From NCBI GenBank assembly GCA_037442885.1, contig JBBIPK010000001.1, positions 6,431-70,430 of the forward strand: DNA of 64,000 bases. The letters are read 5' to 3'. Source of the stretch: Acidobacteriota bacterium. Lineage in GTDB: Bacteria > Acidobacteriota > Terriglobia > Acidiferrales > 2-02-FULL-67-57. The position numbers were made by a program, and so were the translations under genes. This document shows, in pieces, positions 37,355 to 47,665 of this stretch (position 1 is its first letter; every line of letters begins with the position of its first letter). The notes under the pieces are model-generated. The model was not told the origin of the DNA and ran no database searches. It saw only the letters and a list, made by a program, of their open reading frames with translations.

Positions 37355-38062
37355 CTAAACGTGGCGGATATCGCCGATATCTTTTTCCTCTTCCCGACGC
37401 CGCGCCACGGAATCAAGGATTCCGTGCGCCCAGTCTTTCGCGGCCATGCCGAAAGCGATGGCCAGCGCCGCCACAATGCCGCCAAAGAGAATCCCAAAGG
37501 TCACCACCAGAGTGGTTCGCCCAATCCCAAGCTGCTCCAGCGCAACCACCCAGGAAAGAATCCAGACGAACAACTGGACGATGCCGGCCAGCGGGCGCGC
37601 CCCCGGAATAGCGGCGTTCACGGCAGCGATCAGCACGGTACGGCCCAGGAACTTTCCCACCAAGGCTCCGCCGACAACGACGATGGCCGCCACGCCAATC
37701 TGGGGCAGGTAAAGCATGAATCGCGTTAGGAGTTGCTCGCTCACCTCCGGCGCCAGCGCCTCCAGCACCAGCACGAGCGTGAGCAACAGGATGAATCCCT
37801 GCATGAGTCGCCCCGCGAACAACGAGCTCGAACGGTAGAGGCCGACGCGCTCAATCACCGTTGCCAACCCCATTCGCTCGCACAACCGATCGAAGCGGAC
37901 AGCCCGTAGCAGACGAGAGACAATCTCCTTCACCAGCCAGGCAGCGACCAACCCGACTACCAGCACAAAAACCGCTAGAAAAAGGTTGGGAAGGTAGTCG
38001 AGTACTTGCTGTTGGAGTCGCCCCAGCGGCTCCACAATCGCTTTTTGCCAGAGTTCGTTCAT
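37355..38062 (-). CDS. Integral membrane protein with repeated conserved TM-helix modules (mechanosensitive-channel-associated type)
   Basis: Four to five hydrophobic helices (for example 'LPNLFLAVFVLVVGLVAAWLV' and 'IVQLFVWILSWVVALEQLGI'). It lies in the operon between the phosphatase and the glycosyltransferases. Confidence 0.7.
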   Translation of the reverse strand: MNELWQKAIVEPLGRLQQQVLDYLPNLFLAVFVLVVGLVAAWLVKEIVSRLLRAVRFDRLCERMGLATVIERVGLYRSSSLFAGRLMQGFILLLTLVLVLEALAPEVSEQLLTRFMLYLPQIGVAAIVVVGGALVGKFLGRTVLIAAVNAAIPGARPLAGIVQLFVWILSWVVALEQLGIGRTTLVVTFGILFGGIVAALAIAFGMAAKDWAHGILDSVARRREEEKDIGDIRHV

Positions 38063-38079
38063 GGAACCTACCTCCCTTT

Positions 38080-39345
38080 TCAGTCCTTCCAGTTCTCCAC
38101 CAGATAGGCTTTGTCCTGCTCGAATGCTGCGCAGAGCTTTTCGATTCGCCCCTCGGCGTGTTCAGTCCCTTGGCGCTGCACCCCCAACACGAACGACGCC
38201 ACCCAGCCGAGATAGAGTGGCGTCAGCGATCGGAGCAGGTGCTCGCGGTCAATAACGCGATGGTGGTAGGCGAGCGCAAAATCATAAATGGTGCGCACCC
38301 AAGTCCCGTCCGGGATCTCGAAGTCGTCGCGGGGACGCTGCGCGAGGTAGGCCATCAGTTGCAAGACATCGCTGAACAGCACTTGCGCATAGATGTCAGC
38401 CAAGTCACGACAACCCTGCCGAAAGGCCGTGACCATCCGGTCAACATTGACGGCGATGGGCTCGGTAGCGACATCGAACTGAAATCCGTACAAAGGCGTG
38501 GGCACCGAGCTGTGGATGTTCTTCCACACGCGCGCGTAGTCCTCCATCAGGCGCAACACAGAACCCACCACCTGCAGGAGCATGCTGGAGAGATCCGACC
38601 CCGGGTCTTTCGGGTCGTGCAGTTTGGCGCCGAGGAAGGCTTGGCAGACCTTGAAGTTTTCCGCTAAGGCGGTAGTGGTCATCCAGATATCAATCCCATA
38701 GCGTGCGACATCTGTGTGCCAGACATCCTTGCCCAGGTAATGCCGGGCCAGTCGTCCGGAGAAGCCGAAGTCACCCCCGATAGGTTGGCGCACCCGCTGG
38801 CCGTAGAGGGTGCGCGTCAGCGGATAGACGATGCTGTTCGTGATCGTGCCATCGTACGGATGGCGCCGGTAATAGGGAGCCACGTAGTCGTAGCCTTCCT
38901 CCAAGATGGGCCGCAGCAAGAGCTCCACCCACTCGGGAGTAATGCTGCGGAGGTCGGCGTCCACGACCGCACAGGCTTTAACGTCCAGTTCGGCTGCCAC
39001 CTGAAAAATCAACCGAAAGGCGCTGCCCTTCCCGGGTATGCCGTGATAGGGCGTGGTAATGCGGTGAATCGGGTACAGCGGGTGGCGTACCAGCAGCAAG
39101 CGGTCACTCTCGGCCTGGGCACCTGCCACGACGTCGGTGGTTCCGTCCGTAGAGCCACCGTCGGAATTCAGCACTACTCCCTGCACGTCCGGAAAGTATT
39201 TCGCCAGCCCTGCGCTCACCGCCCGAACTACATGAGCAATTGTGCGCGCATTGTTGTAGCTGGGAATTCCCACCAGGACGTCTGCGCGTTTGATCGCGGC
39301 CAGCCGCCCGGCCACCTCAGGTTGGAGCTGATTGACTTCGGCCAT
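38080..39345 (-). CDS. GT-A fold glycosyltransferase (GT2-like), second glycosyltransferase of the cluster
   Basis: 'VLVGIPSYNNARTIAHVVRAV', 'NSDGGSTDGT' and 'VVDADLRS' (a DxD-like motif). 421 aa, soluble. Confidence 0.78.
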   Translation of the reverse strand: MAEVNQLQPEVAGRLAAIKRADVLVGIPSYNNARTIAHVVRAVSAGLAKYFPDVQGVVLNSDGGSTDGTTDVVAGAQAESDRLLLVRHPLYPIHRITTPYHGIPGKGSAFRLIFQVAAELDVKACAVVDADLRSITPEWVELLLRPILEEGYDYVAPYYRRHPYDGTITNSIVYPLTRTLYGQRVRQPIGGDFGFSGRLARHYLGKDVWHTDVARYGIDIWMTTTALAENFKVCQAFLGAKLHDPKDPGSDLSSMLLQVVGSVLRLMEDYARVWKNIHSSVPTPLYGFQFDVATEPIAVNVDRMVTAFRQGCRDLADIYAQVLFSDVLQLMAYLAQRPRDDFEIPDGTWVRTIYDFALAYHHRVIDREHLLRSLTPLYLGWVASFVLGVQRQGTEHAEGRIEKLCAAFEQDKAYLVENWKD

Positions 39346-39353
39346 CTTCTCTT

Positions 39354-40562
39354 CTAGCGATTATCCTCCTCCACCGCGCGCTCCAATTGTTCGAAGAAGT
39401 TCGGTAGGGCCGATGTGATGCGATTCCAGTTTGGGATAAGTGGAGCGCCCAGCGGTTCGCGCAGAAAATCCTCGGCAGCGATGCCAATCGCATGCGAAAA
39501 CGCTTCTACCGCCAGTTCCTCCTCGTGGCGGTCAAATTCAAGGCCATTGATCATGGCGTCGGCGTGGTAGCGGGTGATGGTATCTTCGGCGGTGCGCACA
39601 TATTTCGTACGCATCGTCCGAAAGACACCGTCCGAAAGGGTCGCCCCTTCCGCTGCCACCATCCGCAGCAGGCTCTTCGCTATGTCGGTGACCATCCGCA
39701 TCAAGCCTTTCTGCGGGTCCTCGGCCGACAACGCCTGGTGCTTGTGTTCGTAGTTGTCCGCCAAGTCCACCTGGCAGATGCGCTTGAGAGCGCAGTTGCG
39801 GTAAATCTCGGCCAGCACACCCACCTCCAGTCCCCAGTCGGCCGGAATCCGGTTCACGCGCGCGAGTTCCGCGTGCATCGAGAATTCACCCGCCAGGGGA
39901 TACCGGAAGCTGTCCAAATAAACCAGGAACGGCATGTGGCCGAAGATCTGCTGCAGCGTGCGGATGAATGGGGTGATGAAAAGCCGGGTCACCCGGCCGT
40001 GCATCTTGTTGGTGAAGCGCGCATAGAAGCCTTTGCAGAACTCAAAGTCCATATTGGGATTTGCCACCGGATGAACCAACCGCGCCAGCATCTCGCGGCT
40101 GTAGTTCGCGATGTCGCAATCGTGCAGCGCGATAATCTTCGCCTGGTTGCTCGCCAGCACATATCCGTACGCCATCCAGCAGGAACGTCCCTTGCCATCC
40201 GGCCCGGCGTCGAGACCGTTTTCCCGCAGCAAGTTCAGCAGATACTGGATGCGCTCACCGTCCATCCATACAACGCGGACATTCTTGTGGACGCCGGCAA
40301 CTCGCTCCCGCGCTTGGGCACACTGATTGGCATCGGCATGGCCCAGCGTAACGACGACCTGCTTGAGGTAGGGGACAGATTTCAACTCGCGCAGAATGAC
40401 TTCCATCGCCGGAGTCTCAAACTCGGAGTACAGCGCTGGCAACACTAGAGCCACTGGATTGATGCGGGAGAAGCGGACAATCTCGTCTTCCAGTTCCTCA
40501 ATCTTGCGTTGCCCCAGTCGATGCAGGGTGGCAACAACGCCCGTCTGGTAGAAGTCTGACAT
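39354..40562 (-). CDS. Glucosyl-/mannosyl-3-phosphoglycerate synthase-like retaining glycosyltransferase
   Basis: 'MSDFYQTGVVATLH', 'GKGRSCW', 'LHDCDI' (DxD), 'HGRVTRL' and 'PLAGEFSM', in the same order as MpgS/GpgS-type enzymes as recalled. The start is set at ATG 40562 with SD GGAGGG; the track start at 40643 is rejected. Confidence 0.7.
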   Translation of the reverse strand: MSDFYQTGVVATLHRLGQRKIEELEDEIVRFSRINPVALVLPALYSEFETPAMEVILRELKSVPYLKQVVVTLGHADANQCAQARERVAGVHKNVRVVWMDGERIQYLLNLLRENGLDAGPDGKGRSCWMAYGYVLASNQAKIIALHDCDIANYSREMLARLVHPVANPNMDFEFCKGFYARFTNKMHGRVTRLFITPFIRTLQQIFGHMPFLVYLDSFRYPLAGEFSMHAELARVNRIPADWGLEVGVLAEIYRNCALKRICQVDLADNYEHKHQALSAEDPQKGLMRMVTDIAKSLLRMVAAEGATLSDGVFRTMRTKYVRTAEDTITRYHADAMINGLEFDRHEEELAVEAFSHAIGIAAEDFLREPLGAPLIPNWNRITSALPNFFEQLERAVEEDNR

Positions 40563-40629
40563 CTTCTTCCCTCCAGCGTGACGCTTGGCGGCGCGAAGAC
40601 GGGGCACGAACCGCGAAATGCGAAAGAAA

Positions 40630-40635
40630 ATTATA
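40630..40635 (-). promoter_or_regulatory. Candidate internal -10 box (TATAAT) for the glycosyltransferase/phosphatase sub-operon
   Basis: A perfect minus-strand TATAAT in the 111-nt gap, 67 nt upstream of ATG 40562. Confidence 0.35.
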
Positions 40636-40673
40636 ACAGCCAAGCAAGTATGTGCGGCGTAAATCGGAACGGA

Positions 40674-41237
40674 CTAGTTCTTTGGGCGCAGGTCGGGCAT
40701 CATCTTCCCCACTCGCAAGGCGTACTGCAGTCCCGAAGTCAGAACCAGTGCTGCCGTAAGCCAGAAAAGGAAATCTCGGATGCCCAGGAGCCAGCGGGGA
40801 GGGAAAACGCTGGCCAGCAGGACGGCGAACACAGTTGCCATCTCGATGACCGTGCAGGCCTTGCCCAAGCGGCTGGGAGGGAAAGGGCGATAGCCGGTGG
40901 CCAGGATGATAACTCCGGCAATCACGACGATGAGGACATCTCGTCCCACCACCAGGATGGCAAGTGTCCAGGGCAGCAAACCCTGGAGCGCCAGGATCAC
41001 GAACGCCGTGGAAAGCAAAAGCTTGTCAGCGATGGGATCGAAGTAGGCGCCGAACACTGTCCGTTGGTCGAGCAACCGTGCCAGCAAGCCATCCAGCGCA
41101 TCACTGACACCGGCCGCGACGAACAACCCCAGGGCCAGCGCGCGCTTGCCTTCTAGAATCGCCAGCACAAAAAAGGGGATGAGCGCCAGCCGCAGGAGAG
41201 TGAGTTGATTGGCCAGTGTGAAGAAATGGGCACGCAC
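40674..41237 (-). CDS. pgsA: CDP-alcohol phosphatidyltransferase family protein (PgsA-like)
   Basis: Signature 'DALDGLLAR...FGAYFDPIADK' (D-x2-DG-x2-AR...G-x3-D-x3-D). Multi-pass membrane protein of 187 aa. Confidence 0.82.
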   Translation of the reverse strand: MRAHFFTLANQLTLLRLALIPFFVLAILEGKRALALGLFVAAGVSDALDGLLARLLDQRTVFGAYFDPIADKLLLSTAFVILALQGLLPWTLAILVVGRDVLIVVIAGVIILATGYRPFPPSRLGKACTVIEMATVFAVLLASVFPPRWLLGIRDFLFWLTAALVLTSGLQYALRVGKMMPDLRPKN

Positions 41238-41249
41238 AGGCTGTGCTCC

Positions 41250-41558
41250 CTAGCCCAGCCCGGCCAGATACTCCAGGATGCTGATGCCGACCTTCATCCG
41301 AAATGTCTCGGAGAGAGAGGGAATCTCGCCTTTGGGCTCATCCAGCGCGATGCGCTCCACCCGATGCATAGGATAGAAGATGGTAGCGAGACCCACCGGC
41401 GTTCCCTCCGGATTCAAGACCTGGCGGATGAAGTCGTCGAAGGAATTAATGTCAATGCCACGGAGGGTCACGCCGCCATTGTTGAGCGCAATCAGTTGGC
41501 CCCAAATTTTCTCTTTGGGGTCGTGAAGGCTGAGGATGACGATTGAGTTCAGTTCCAT
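41250..41558 (-). CDS. Hypothetical protein (102 aa)
   Basis: An ATG-initiated ORF fits tightly between scoB and the pgsA-like gene on the same strand. No motif was recognised. Confidence 0.55.
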   Translation of the reverse strand: MELNSIVILSLHDPKEKIWGQLIALNNGGVTLRGIDINSFDDFIRQVLNPEGTPVGLATIFYPMHRVERIALDEPKGEIPSLSETFRMKVGISILEYLAGLG

Positions 41559-41588
41559 CCGGGCAACCTGACTCGATCTCTGACTGCG

Positions 41589-42263
<675 letters not shown>

Positions 42264-42270
42264 TGTTGTA

Positions 42271-42585
42271 TCAGTTCGTTCTGGATTTTCCCGGAAAGCG
42301 CAGCACACCCAGCGCGTTCCCGGCCAGCGACAGCACCACCAGAATCGAGCCCCCTAATTCTCCCACTCTCCCTCCCAGAATCAACCCTCCGATGCCAGCC
42401 AGATAGCCTACCGCCAGCGCCAGCTTCGCCGGATTGACAAGGGTGACGTACACCTGCATCAGACCGAGCGCAATCGCCAGAATTCCTGCCGGAACCGCAA
42501 TCTCGCTGACGGGGCGGTCTATCCACACGACACCAGCACCAACGAGCAACAAACCGGAGAGAAGGTAAAGCTTAAGCACGCCCAT
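42271..42585 (-). CDS. Small hydrophobic membrane protein (104 aa) between scoA and scoB
   Basis: Three to four predicted TM segments ('[17 protein letters not shown]', '[15 protein letters not shown]', '[16 protein letters not shown]'). It ends 7 nt before the scoB ATG. The SD is weak. Confidence 0.5.
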   Translation of the reverse strand: MGVLKLYLLSGLLLVGAGVVWIDRPVSEIAVPAGILAIALGLMQVYVTLVNPAKLALAVGYLAGIGGLILGGRVGELGGSILVVLSLAGNALGVLRFPGKSRTN

Positions 42586-42632
42586 CAGAGTAAGATCTCT
42601 AAACCTTCACCGAGCGGGCACGTCGTGGCATT

Positions 42633-43334
42633 CTAGGCGGCGCGTTGGCGGACGGTGCGGCGCTCGATGCGCTTCTCGTAATCCACTCCTGCAAAGATCG
42701 CATCGACGTAAATGCCTGGGGTGTGCACGTGCTCAGGGTCTAACTCGCCGACTTCCACGAGGTGCTCCACCTCTGCGATGACGTGATCAGCGGCGGTCGC
42801 CATCATGGGATTGAAGTTGCGCGCCGTCTTGCGGTAGACAAGGTTGCCCCAGGGGTCGCCTTTCCACGCCTTGACGAAGGCGTATTGTGCCCGCAAGGGC
42901 TTCTCCAACACGTACATCTTGCCCTCAATTTCTCGGACTTCTTTCCCCTCGCCCACCAGTGTCCCAAAGCCCGTGGGAGTGAAGAAACCGCCAATGCCCG
43001 CGCCGCCAGCACGGACGCGCTCGGCAAACGTGCCTTGTGGAACCAACTCGATTTCCAGTTCGCCCTTCAGCACCAACTCTTCGAAGAGCTTGTTCTCTCC
43101 CACGTAAGTCGCAATCATTTTCTTGACCTGGCGGGTCTGCAGAAGCAGACCAATGCCGAAATCGTCCACGCCCGCGTTGTTCGAGATCACCGTCAGGTTC
43201 TTGATTCCTTTTCGGCGCACGGCGGCGATGAGGTTCTCTGGAATTCCGCACAGCCCGAACCCGCCCATCATAATGGTGGCACCGTCCGGGATGCTCTGCA
43301 CCGCCACGTCGGCATTGGCAACCCGTTTGTCCAT
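42633..43334 (-). CDS. scoA: 3-oxoacid CoA-transferase subunit A
   Basis: 'IMMGGFGLCGIPENLI' and 'GELEIELVPQGTFAERVRAGGAGI'. Its ATG shares 1 nt with the tyrA stop (TAATG). Confidence 0.9.
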   Translation of the reverse strand: MDKRVANADVAVQSIPDGATIMMGGFGLCGIPENLIAAVRRKGIKNLTVISNNAGVDDFGIGLLLQTRQVKKMIATYVGENKLFEELVLKGELEIELVPQGTFAERVRAGGAGIGGFFTPTGFGTLVGEGKEVREIEGKMYVLEKPLRAQYAFVKAWKGDPWGNLVYRKTARNFNPMMATAADHVIAEVEHLVEVGELDPEHVHTPGIYVDAIFAGVDYEKRIERRTVRQRAA

Positions 43335-44215
43335 TACGACCTCCTCCGCTCAGAGCGCAGCGCTACCAGCCGCTCGTGAATCTCTTGCGCTTTGCGGAAT
43401 TCCTCTTCCAACTCGCGCCCGGTGAGCGCGGTGCGGATGCGCTCGAGCTTCTGCACCAGCCGCTCCAGGGCGCGGCCAATATTATCGGCATTGGTCAAGC
43501 CGATGTCGCGCCAGATTTCATACGGGCTTCCCGCCAGGCGGGTCAGCGAGCGAAAGCCCGCGCCGGCAAGCCGGATCGGCAGACCGTCCTCGTCGATCTC
43601 ATCCCAGACGGCGCTGGCGAGCGCCGTTGAAAGCAGTTGCGGCAGATGGCTGACCAACGCCAGTGCCCAATCATGGGTTTCCGGATCGAGCGTCGTGGGC
43701 TGGGCGCCGATTTCACGAATCCACTCCAGCAAGGCGCTGGCTGCTTCTGTCTCGAGCATTTCGGGTGGGACCGGTGTGAGTACATAGGGCGCGCCAACAA
43801 ACAAATCAGGATCAGCGCTCTCGATGCCGCAAGTTTCTTTTCCCGCGATGGGGTGACCGCCCAGGAACAAAACACCGGGCGGCCGAGCTTCCTGGGCGAC
43901 GCGACAAACAGCCACTTTACTGCTGCCGGTGTCGGTTACCAGCGTGCCAAACGGTAGGCTGCGCAGGATCTGTGGCAACAACTCAATCGTCAGCACGACG
44001 GGAGTGGCAATATAGACGAGGTCGGCACCCTCCAAGGCCTGTGCCAACTCGGTGCTACCGCGGTGGATGGCACCGCGGCTTTCGGCACGGCCTAACACCT
44101 CGGCATGGTCCCAGCCGACGATTTCGCCGCCGAAGCCTCGTTGGCGCAGCGCAAGCGCGAACGAACCTCCGATGAGCCCCACTCCGACAACAGCGATGCG
44201 ACGGAACTTGACCAT
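43334..44215 (-). CDS. tyrA: Prephenate dehydrogenase
   Basis: 'IAVVGVGLIGGSFALAL' Rossmann fold and 'GGHPIAGKE'. 293 aa. Confidence 0.88.
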   Translation of the reverse strand: MVKFRRIAVVGVGLIGGSFALALRQRGFGGEIVGWDHAEVLGRAESRGAIHRGSTELAQALEGADLVYIATPVVLTIELLPQILRSLPFGTLVTDTGSSKVAVCRVAQEARPPGVLFLGGHPIAGKETCGIESADPDLFVGAPYVLTPVPPEMLETEAASALLEWIREIGAQPTTLDPETHDWALALVSHLPQLLSTALASAVWDEIDEDGLPIRLAGAGFRSLTRLAGSPYEIWRDIGLTNADNIGRALERLVQKLERIRTALTGRELEEEFRKAQEIHERLVALRSERRRS

Positions 44216-44258
44216 ATGGGGTAGGTCTAGACTAGCGGTGCAAGCCTTCGCACCTCGT

Positions 44259-45275
44259 TCAGCCGATGCGCCTCCCTACCGCCGGCGCGATGATCCGCAG
44301 TTCTTTCATCAACTGCGTGAACTGGTCAGGATAGAGCGATTGCGCGCCGTCACTCAGCGCACGCTCCGGGTCATGATGGACCTCCACGAGCAGACCATCG
44401 GCACCCGCGGCGACGGCCGCGCGCGCCATGGGCGGAACTTTGTCGCGGCGCCCCGTGCCGTGCGAGGGGTCGGCGACGACGGGCAAGTGCGAAAGTTTCT
44501 TCAACACGGGAATGGCGGCAATGTCGAGCGTGTTGCGTGTGTAGTTCTCGAAGGTCCGGATGCCGCGCTCACAGAGGATGACTTGATAGTTGCCGCCCGC
44601 CAAGATGTACTCCGCCGAGAGCAAGAGCTCTTCAATCGTTGATGACATGCCTCGCTTGAGCAGCACAGGCTTGCGCACTTTACCCAATTCACGCAGCAAA
44701 TTGTAGTTCTGCATATTCCGGGCGCCAACCTGGAAGATATCAATGTATCGGTCAAGAAGCGAAATCTGCGTGTGGTCCATCACTTCGCTGACCGCGAGCA
44801 GGCCGTGGCGATCGGCGGCCTCGCGCAGCAACTGCAATCCCGGCTCACCGAGTCCCTGGAAGCTGTAGGGGGATGTCCGTGGCTTGAAGGCACCGCCGCG
44901 CAGGATGCGTCCCCCTTGGCGCTTGACATGGGCGGCAATTGCCTCCATCTGCTCCGCGCTCTCGACACTGCACGGCCCCGCCATTACGACTACCTCGTCG
45001 CCGCCGATCCGAACGCCACCGACCTCGAGGACCGTTCCCTCAGGTCGGAAGGCCCGGCTGGCAAGCTTGTAAGGCGCGCTGATGCGAATGACTTCGCGGA
45101 CGCCGTCGAGCAATTCGATGTCGCGGGTGTCAAAGTCGAGTTTAGCTCCAACGGCTCCCAAGACAGTGTGGCGCACACCGGTTGAGCGGTGCACGTCGAA
45201 TCCGACCTCGACCAGGCGCTGGACGACGCGCTGGATTTGGTCGTCCGTCGCCCCTTCCTGCATCACAACGACCAT
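44259..45275 (-). CDS. 3-deoxy-7-phosphoheptulonate (DAHP) synthase, type I-beta with an N-terminal ferredoxin-like regulatory domain
   Basis: 'MAGPCSVES', '[13 protein letters not shown]' and 'DPSHGTGRR'. There is an N-terminal extension of about 70 aa, '[21 protein letters not shown]'. Confidence 0.9.
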   Translation of the reverse strand: MVVVMQEGATDDQIQRVVQRLVEVGFDVHRSTGVRHTVLGAVGAKLDFDTRDIELLDGVREVIRISAPYKLASRAFRPEGTVLEVGGVRIGGDEVVVMAGPCSVESAEQMEAIAAHVKRQGGRILRGGAFKPRTSPYSFQGLGEPGLQLLREAADRHGLLAVSEVMDHTQISLLDRYIDIFQVGARNMQNYNLLRELGKVRKPVLLKRGMSSTIEELLLSAEYILAGGNYQVILCERGIRTFENYTRNTLDIAAIPVLKKLSHLPVVADPSHGTGRRDKVPPMARAAVAAGADGLLVEVHHDPERALSDGAQSLYPDQFTQLMKELRIIAPAVGRRIG

Positions 45276-45300
45276 TGCAGGTTACTCCTTCCCCTCACAT

Positions 45301-45606
45301 TCAATCCGAACTTCTCTTCGTTGCGCCCGGCTCGCGCAGTTCTCGATAGGCCCGGTGCTCGATGCTGCGCGCCTCGTCAATGATGCGCTCGAAGAGTCGC
45401 CGAATGGCTTCATTGCCGAGCGGACCGCCGTTCGCCCGTTGCACATTGGTCAAAATATCGGCCTCGCGCTCGGGTTGAAAGAGTGGAAGGCCTCGCTGAC
45501 GCTTGAGGCGGCCGATCTCCAGGGCCGCACGCGAGCGCTCGTTGAGCAGCTCGACGAGCTTGCGATCAATCTCATCAATCCGGCGACGCCAGTCTTCAAT
45601 GTCCAT
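45301..45606 (-). CDS. Chorismate mutase (AroQ class)
   Basis: 'WRRRIDEIDRKLVELLNERSRAALEIGRLK'. The start is ATG 45606, overlapping the trpA stop by 1 nt. Confidence 0.85.
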   Translation of the reverse strand: MDIEDWRRRIDEIDRKLVELLNERSRAALEIGRLKRQRGLPLFQPEREADILTNVQRANGGPLGNEAIRRLFERIIDEARSIEHRAYRELREPGATKRSSD

Positions 45607-46439
45607 CACACGCTCCTGGCGGCGTGCTTGAACGCGCGCAGGAGTTCGGCAGCGGCGGCCAGCGCGGCGTCGCCGTGACCCCCTTGCTCGCAGCACTCGA
45701 CCAGCGCGCTCCCCACCACGATCCCGTCGGCCAGCCCGACCAGTGCCGACACCTGCTCGGGCCGGGAAATCCCGAACCCCACGGCCAGCGGCATCCGGGT
45801 GTGGCGGCGCACACGAGTCACGAATGCTGGCAAGTCATCGGGAATATCTGCGCGCGGGCCAGTTACTCCCCGCCGCGAAACTACATAGAGGAACCCGCGA
45901 GAGATCTGGGCAATGCGCTTCACACGTGCTGGTGAGGAGGTGGGTGCGACGAGAAAGATCGTGTCCAGGCCGCAAGAGCGCGCCGCAGCCACGTAGGCGC
46001 CGGCTTCCTCAGGCGTCAGGTCAGTGATGAGGACTCCGTCCAGACCTGCCGCAGCCGCCTCGGTGGTGAAACGCGCCAGCCCATACTGGATGACCGGATT
46101 GTAGTAGCTGAAGAGAACCAGCGGGACATCCGTTTGTCCTCTCAACTGGCCGGAGAGCCTGAGCACATCGGCAAGCGTGACACCTTTGCGCAGCGCTCGC
46201 TCACTGGCACGCTGGATAACGGGCCCGTCAGCGATGGGATCAGAAAACGGTACACCCAGCTCCACCACATCCGCACCGGCAGCAGCAAGGTGCAGGATGA
46301 GTTTTTCGGTGAAGTCAAGCGTGGGGTCGCCAGCCGTTACGTAGGCGACCAGAGCGAGTTCGCCGCGTTCCCGCAGGAGGTCAAACCGCGCCGCCAGTCG
46401 GGAGCCAGCCCGTGGTTTGACTTTAGTTGCCACAGCCAT
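45606..46439 (-). CDS. trpA: Tryptophan synthase alpha chain
   Basis: 'YVTAGDP' and 'ELGVPFSDPIADGPVIQ'. Its ATG overlaps the trpB stop. Confidence 0.93.
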   Translation of the reverse strand: MAVATKVKPRAGSRLAARFDLLRERGELALVAYVTAGDPTLDFTEKLILHLAAAGADVVELGVPFSDPIADGPVIQRASERALRKGVTLADVLRLSGQLRGQTDVPLVLFSYYNPVIQYGLARFTTEAAAAGLDGVLITDLTPEEAGAYVAAARSCGLDTIFLVAPTSSPARVKRIAQISRGFLYVVSRRGVTGPRADIPDDLPAFVTRVRRHTRMPLAVGFGISRPEQVSALVGLADGIVVGSALVECCEQGGHGDAALAAAAELLRAFKHAARSV

Positions 46440-47665
46440 CAGCGCACATACCGTCCCAGGATGTCCATGTCCTTGTCACCGCGGCCGGAGAGATTGAGAA
46501 CGACGATGTCGCTCTTTTTCATTCTTGGCGCGCGCGCGATCAATTCGGCCAGGGCGTGGGCCGGCTCCAGTGCCGGGATGATTCCTTCCTGCTTGGCCAG
46601 GACGCGTGCAGCTTCCAGAGCCGCTTCGTCTCTCACGGCGGCGTACTCCACGCGGCCCTGCGCATAGAGATAGGCGTGTTCGGGCCCGACGGCGGGGTAG
46701 TCGAGGCCAGCGGAGATACTGTGCGTCGTTGCGATCTGCCCGTTCGGGTCCTGCAACACATAGGTATACGTGCCATGCAGAACCCCGGGCCGGACGCCGT
46801 TGTTGCCCGCTTTATGCAAAGCGAGGCGAGAAGCGTGCTCGCCTAGCGCCGTGCCGCGGCCACCGGCTTCGACCCCAACGATCTTTACTCCGGGCTCACC
46901 CAAGAACTCGTAGAAAAGGCCGAGGGCATTCGACCCGCCACCCACACAGGCGAAAAGATAGGTCGGGAGGCGTTTTTCCACTCTCCGAAGTTGCGCGCGG
47001 GTTTCGCGGCCGATGACCGACTGGAAGTCACGGACGAGCATCGGATAGGGGTGGGCGCCGCAGACAGACCCCAGCAGGTAGTGTGAGCTGGCCACGTTGG
47101 TGACCCAGTCCCGCATGGCTTCGTTGATGGCATCCTTGAGGGTGCGACTGCCCGCTCCCACGCCAATGACTTCCGCCCCCAGCATCCGCATGCGCTCAAC
47201 GTTCAGCCGTTGGCGCGCCATATCTTCTTCGCCCATATAGACCGTGCAGGAGAGACCCAGCCGGGCGGCGACGCTGGCGGTGGCCACGCCGTGCTGGCCA
47301 GCGCCGGTTTCGGCCACCAGGCGTCGCTTGCGCATGCGGACGGCAAGCAGGCCCTGGCCGAGGCAGTTGTTGATCTTGTGGGCACCTGTATGCAAGAGGT
47401 CCTCTCGCTTCAGATAGATGCGCGGGCCCCCGAGATGGCGCGTGAGATTCTCAGCGAAGAACAGCGGTGTAGGACGCCCGGCAAAGTCACGCAGCAGGGC
47501 TCGCAGAGCTACTTGGAAGCGGCGGTCAGACCGCGCATGCAGGTAGACAGACTCAAGCTCCTCGAGCGGGCTGACGAGTGTCTCCGGCACGAAGCGACCC
47601 CCAAACGCACCGAAGTGCCCGCGTTCGTCGGGTAGCGTTCCTTTCGCGATGCGAGCCATCCTCAT
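46439..47665 (-). CDS. trpB: Tryptophan synthase beta chain
   Basis: '[11 protein letters not shown]' (PLP lysine), 'GGGSNA' and '[10 protein letters not shown]'. Confidence 0.95.
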   Translation of the reverse strand: MRMARIAKGTLPDERGHFGAFGGRFVPETLVSPLEELESVYLHARSDRRFQVALRALLRDFAGRPTPLFFAENLTRHLGGPRIYLKREDLLHTGAHKINNCLGQGLLAVRMRKRRLVAETGAGQHGVATASVAARLGLSCTVYMGEEDMARQRLNVERMRMLGAEVIGVGAGSRTLKDAINEAMRDWVTNVASSHYLLGSVCGAHPYPMLVRDFQSVIGRETRAQLRRVEKRLPTYLFACVGGGSNALGLFYEFLGEPGVKIVGVEAGGRGTALGEHASRLALHKAGNNGVRPGVLHGTYTYVLQDPNGQIATTHSISAGLDYPAVGPEHAYLYAQGRVEYAAVRDEAALEAARVLAKQEGIIPALEPAHALAELIARAPRMKKSDIVVLNLSGRGDKDMDILGRYVR

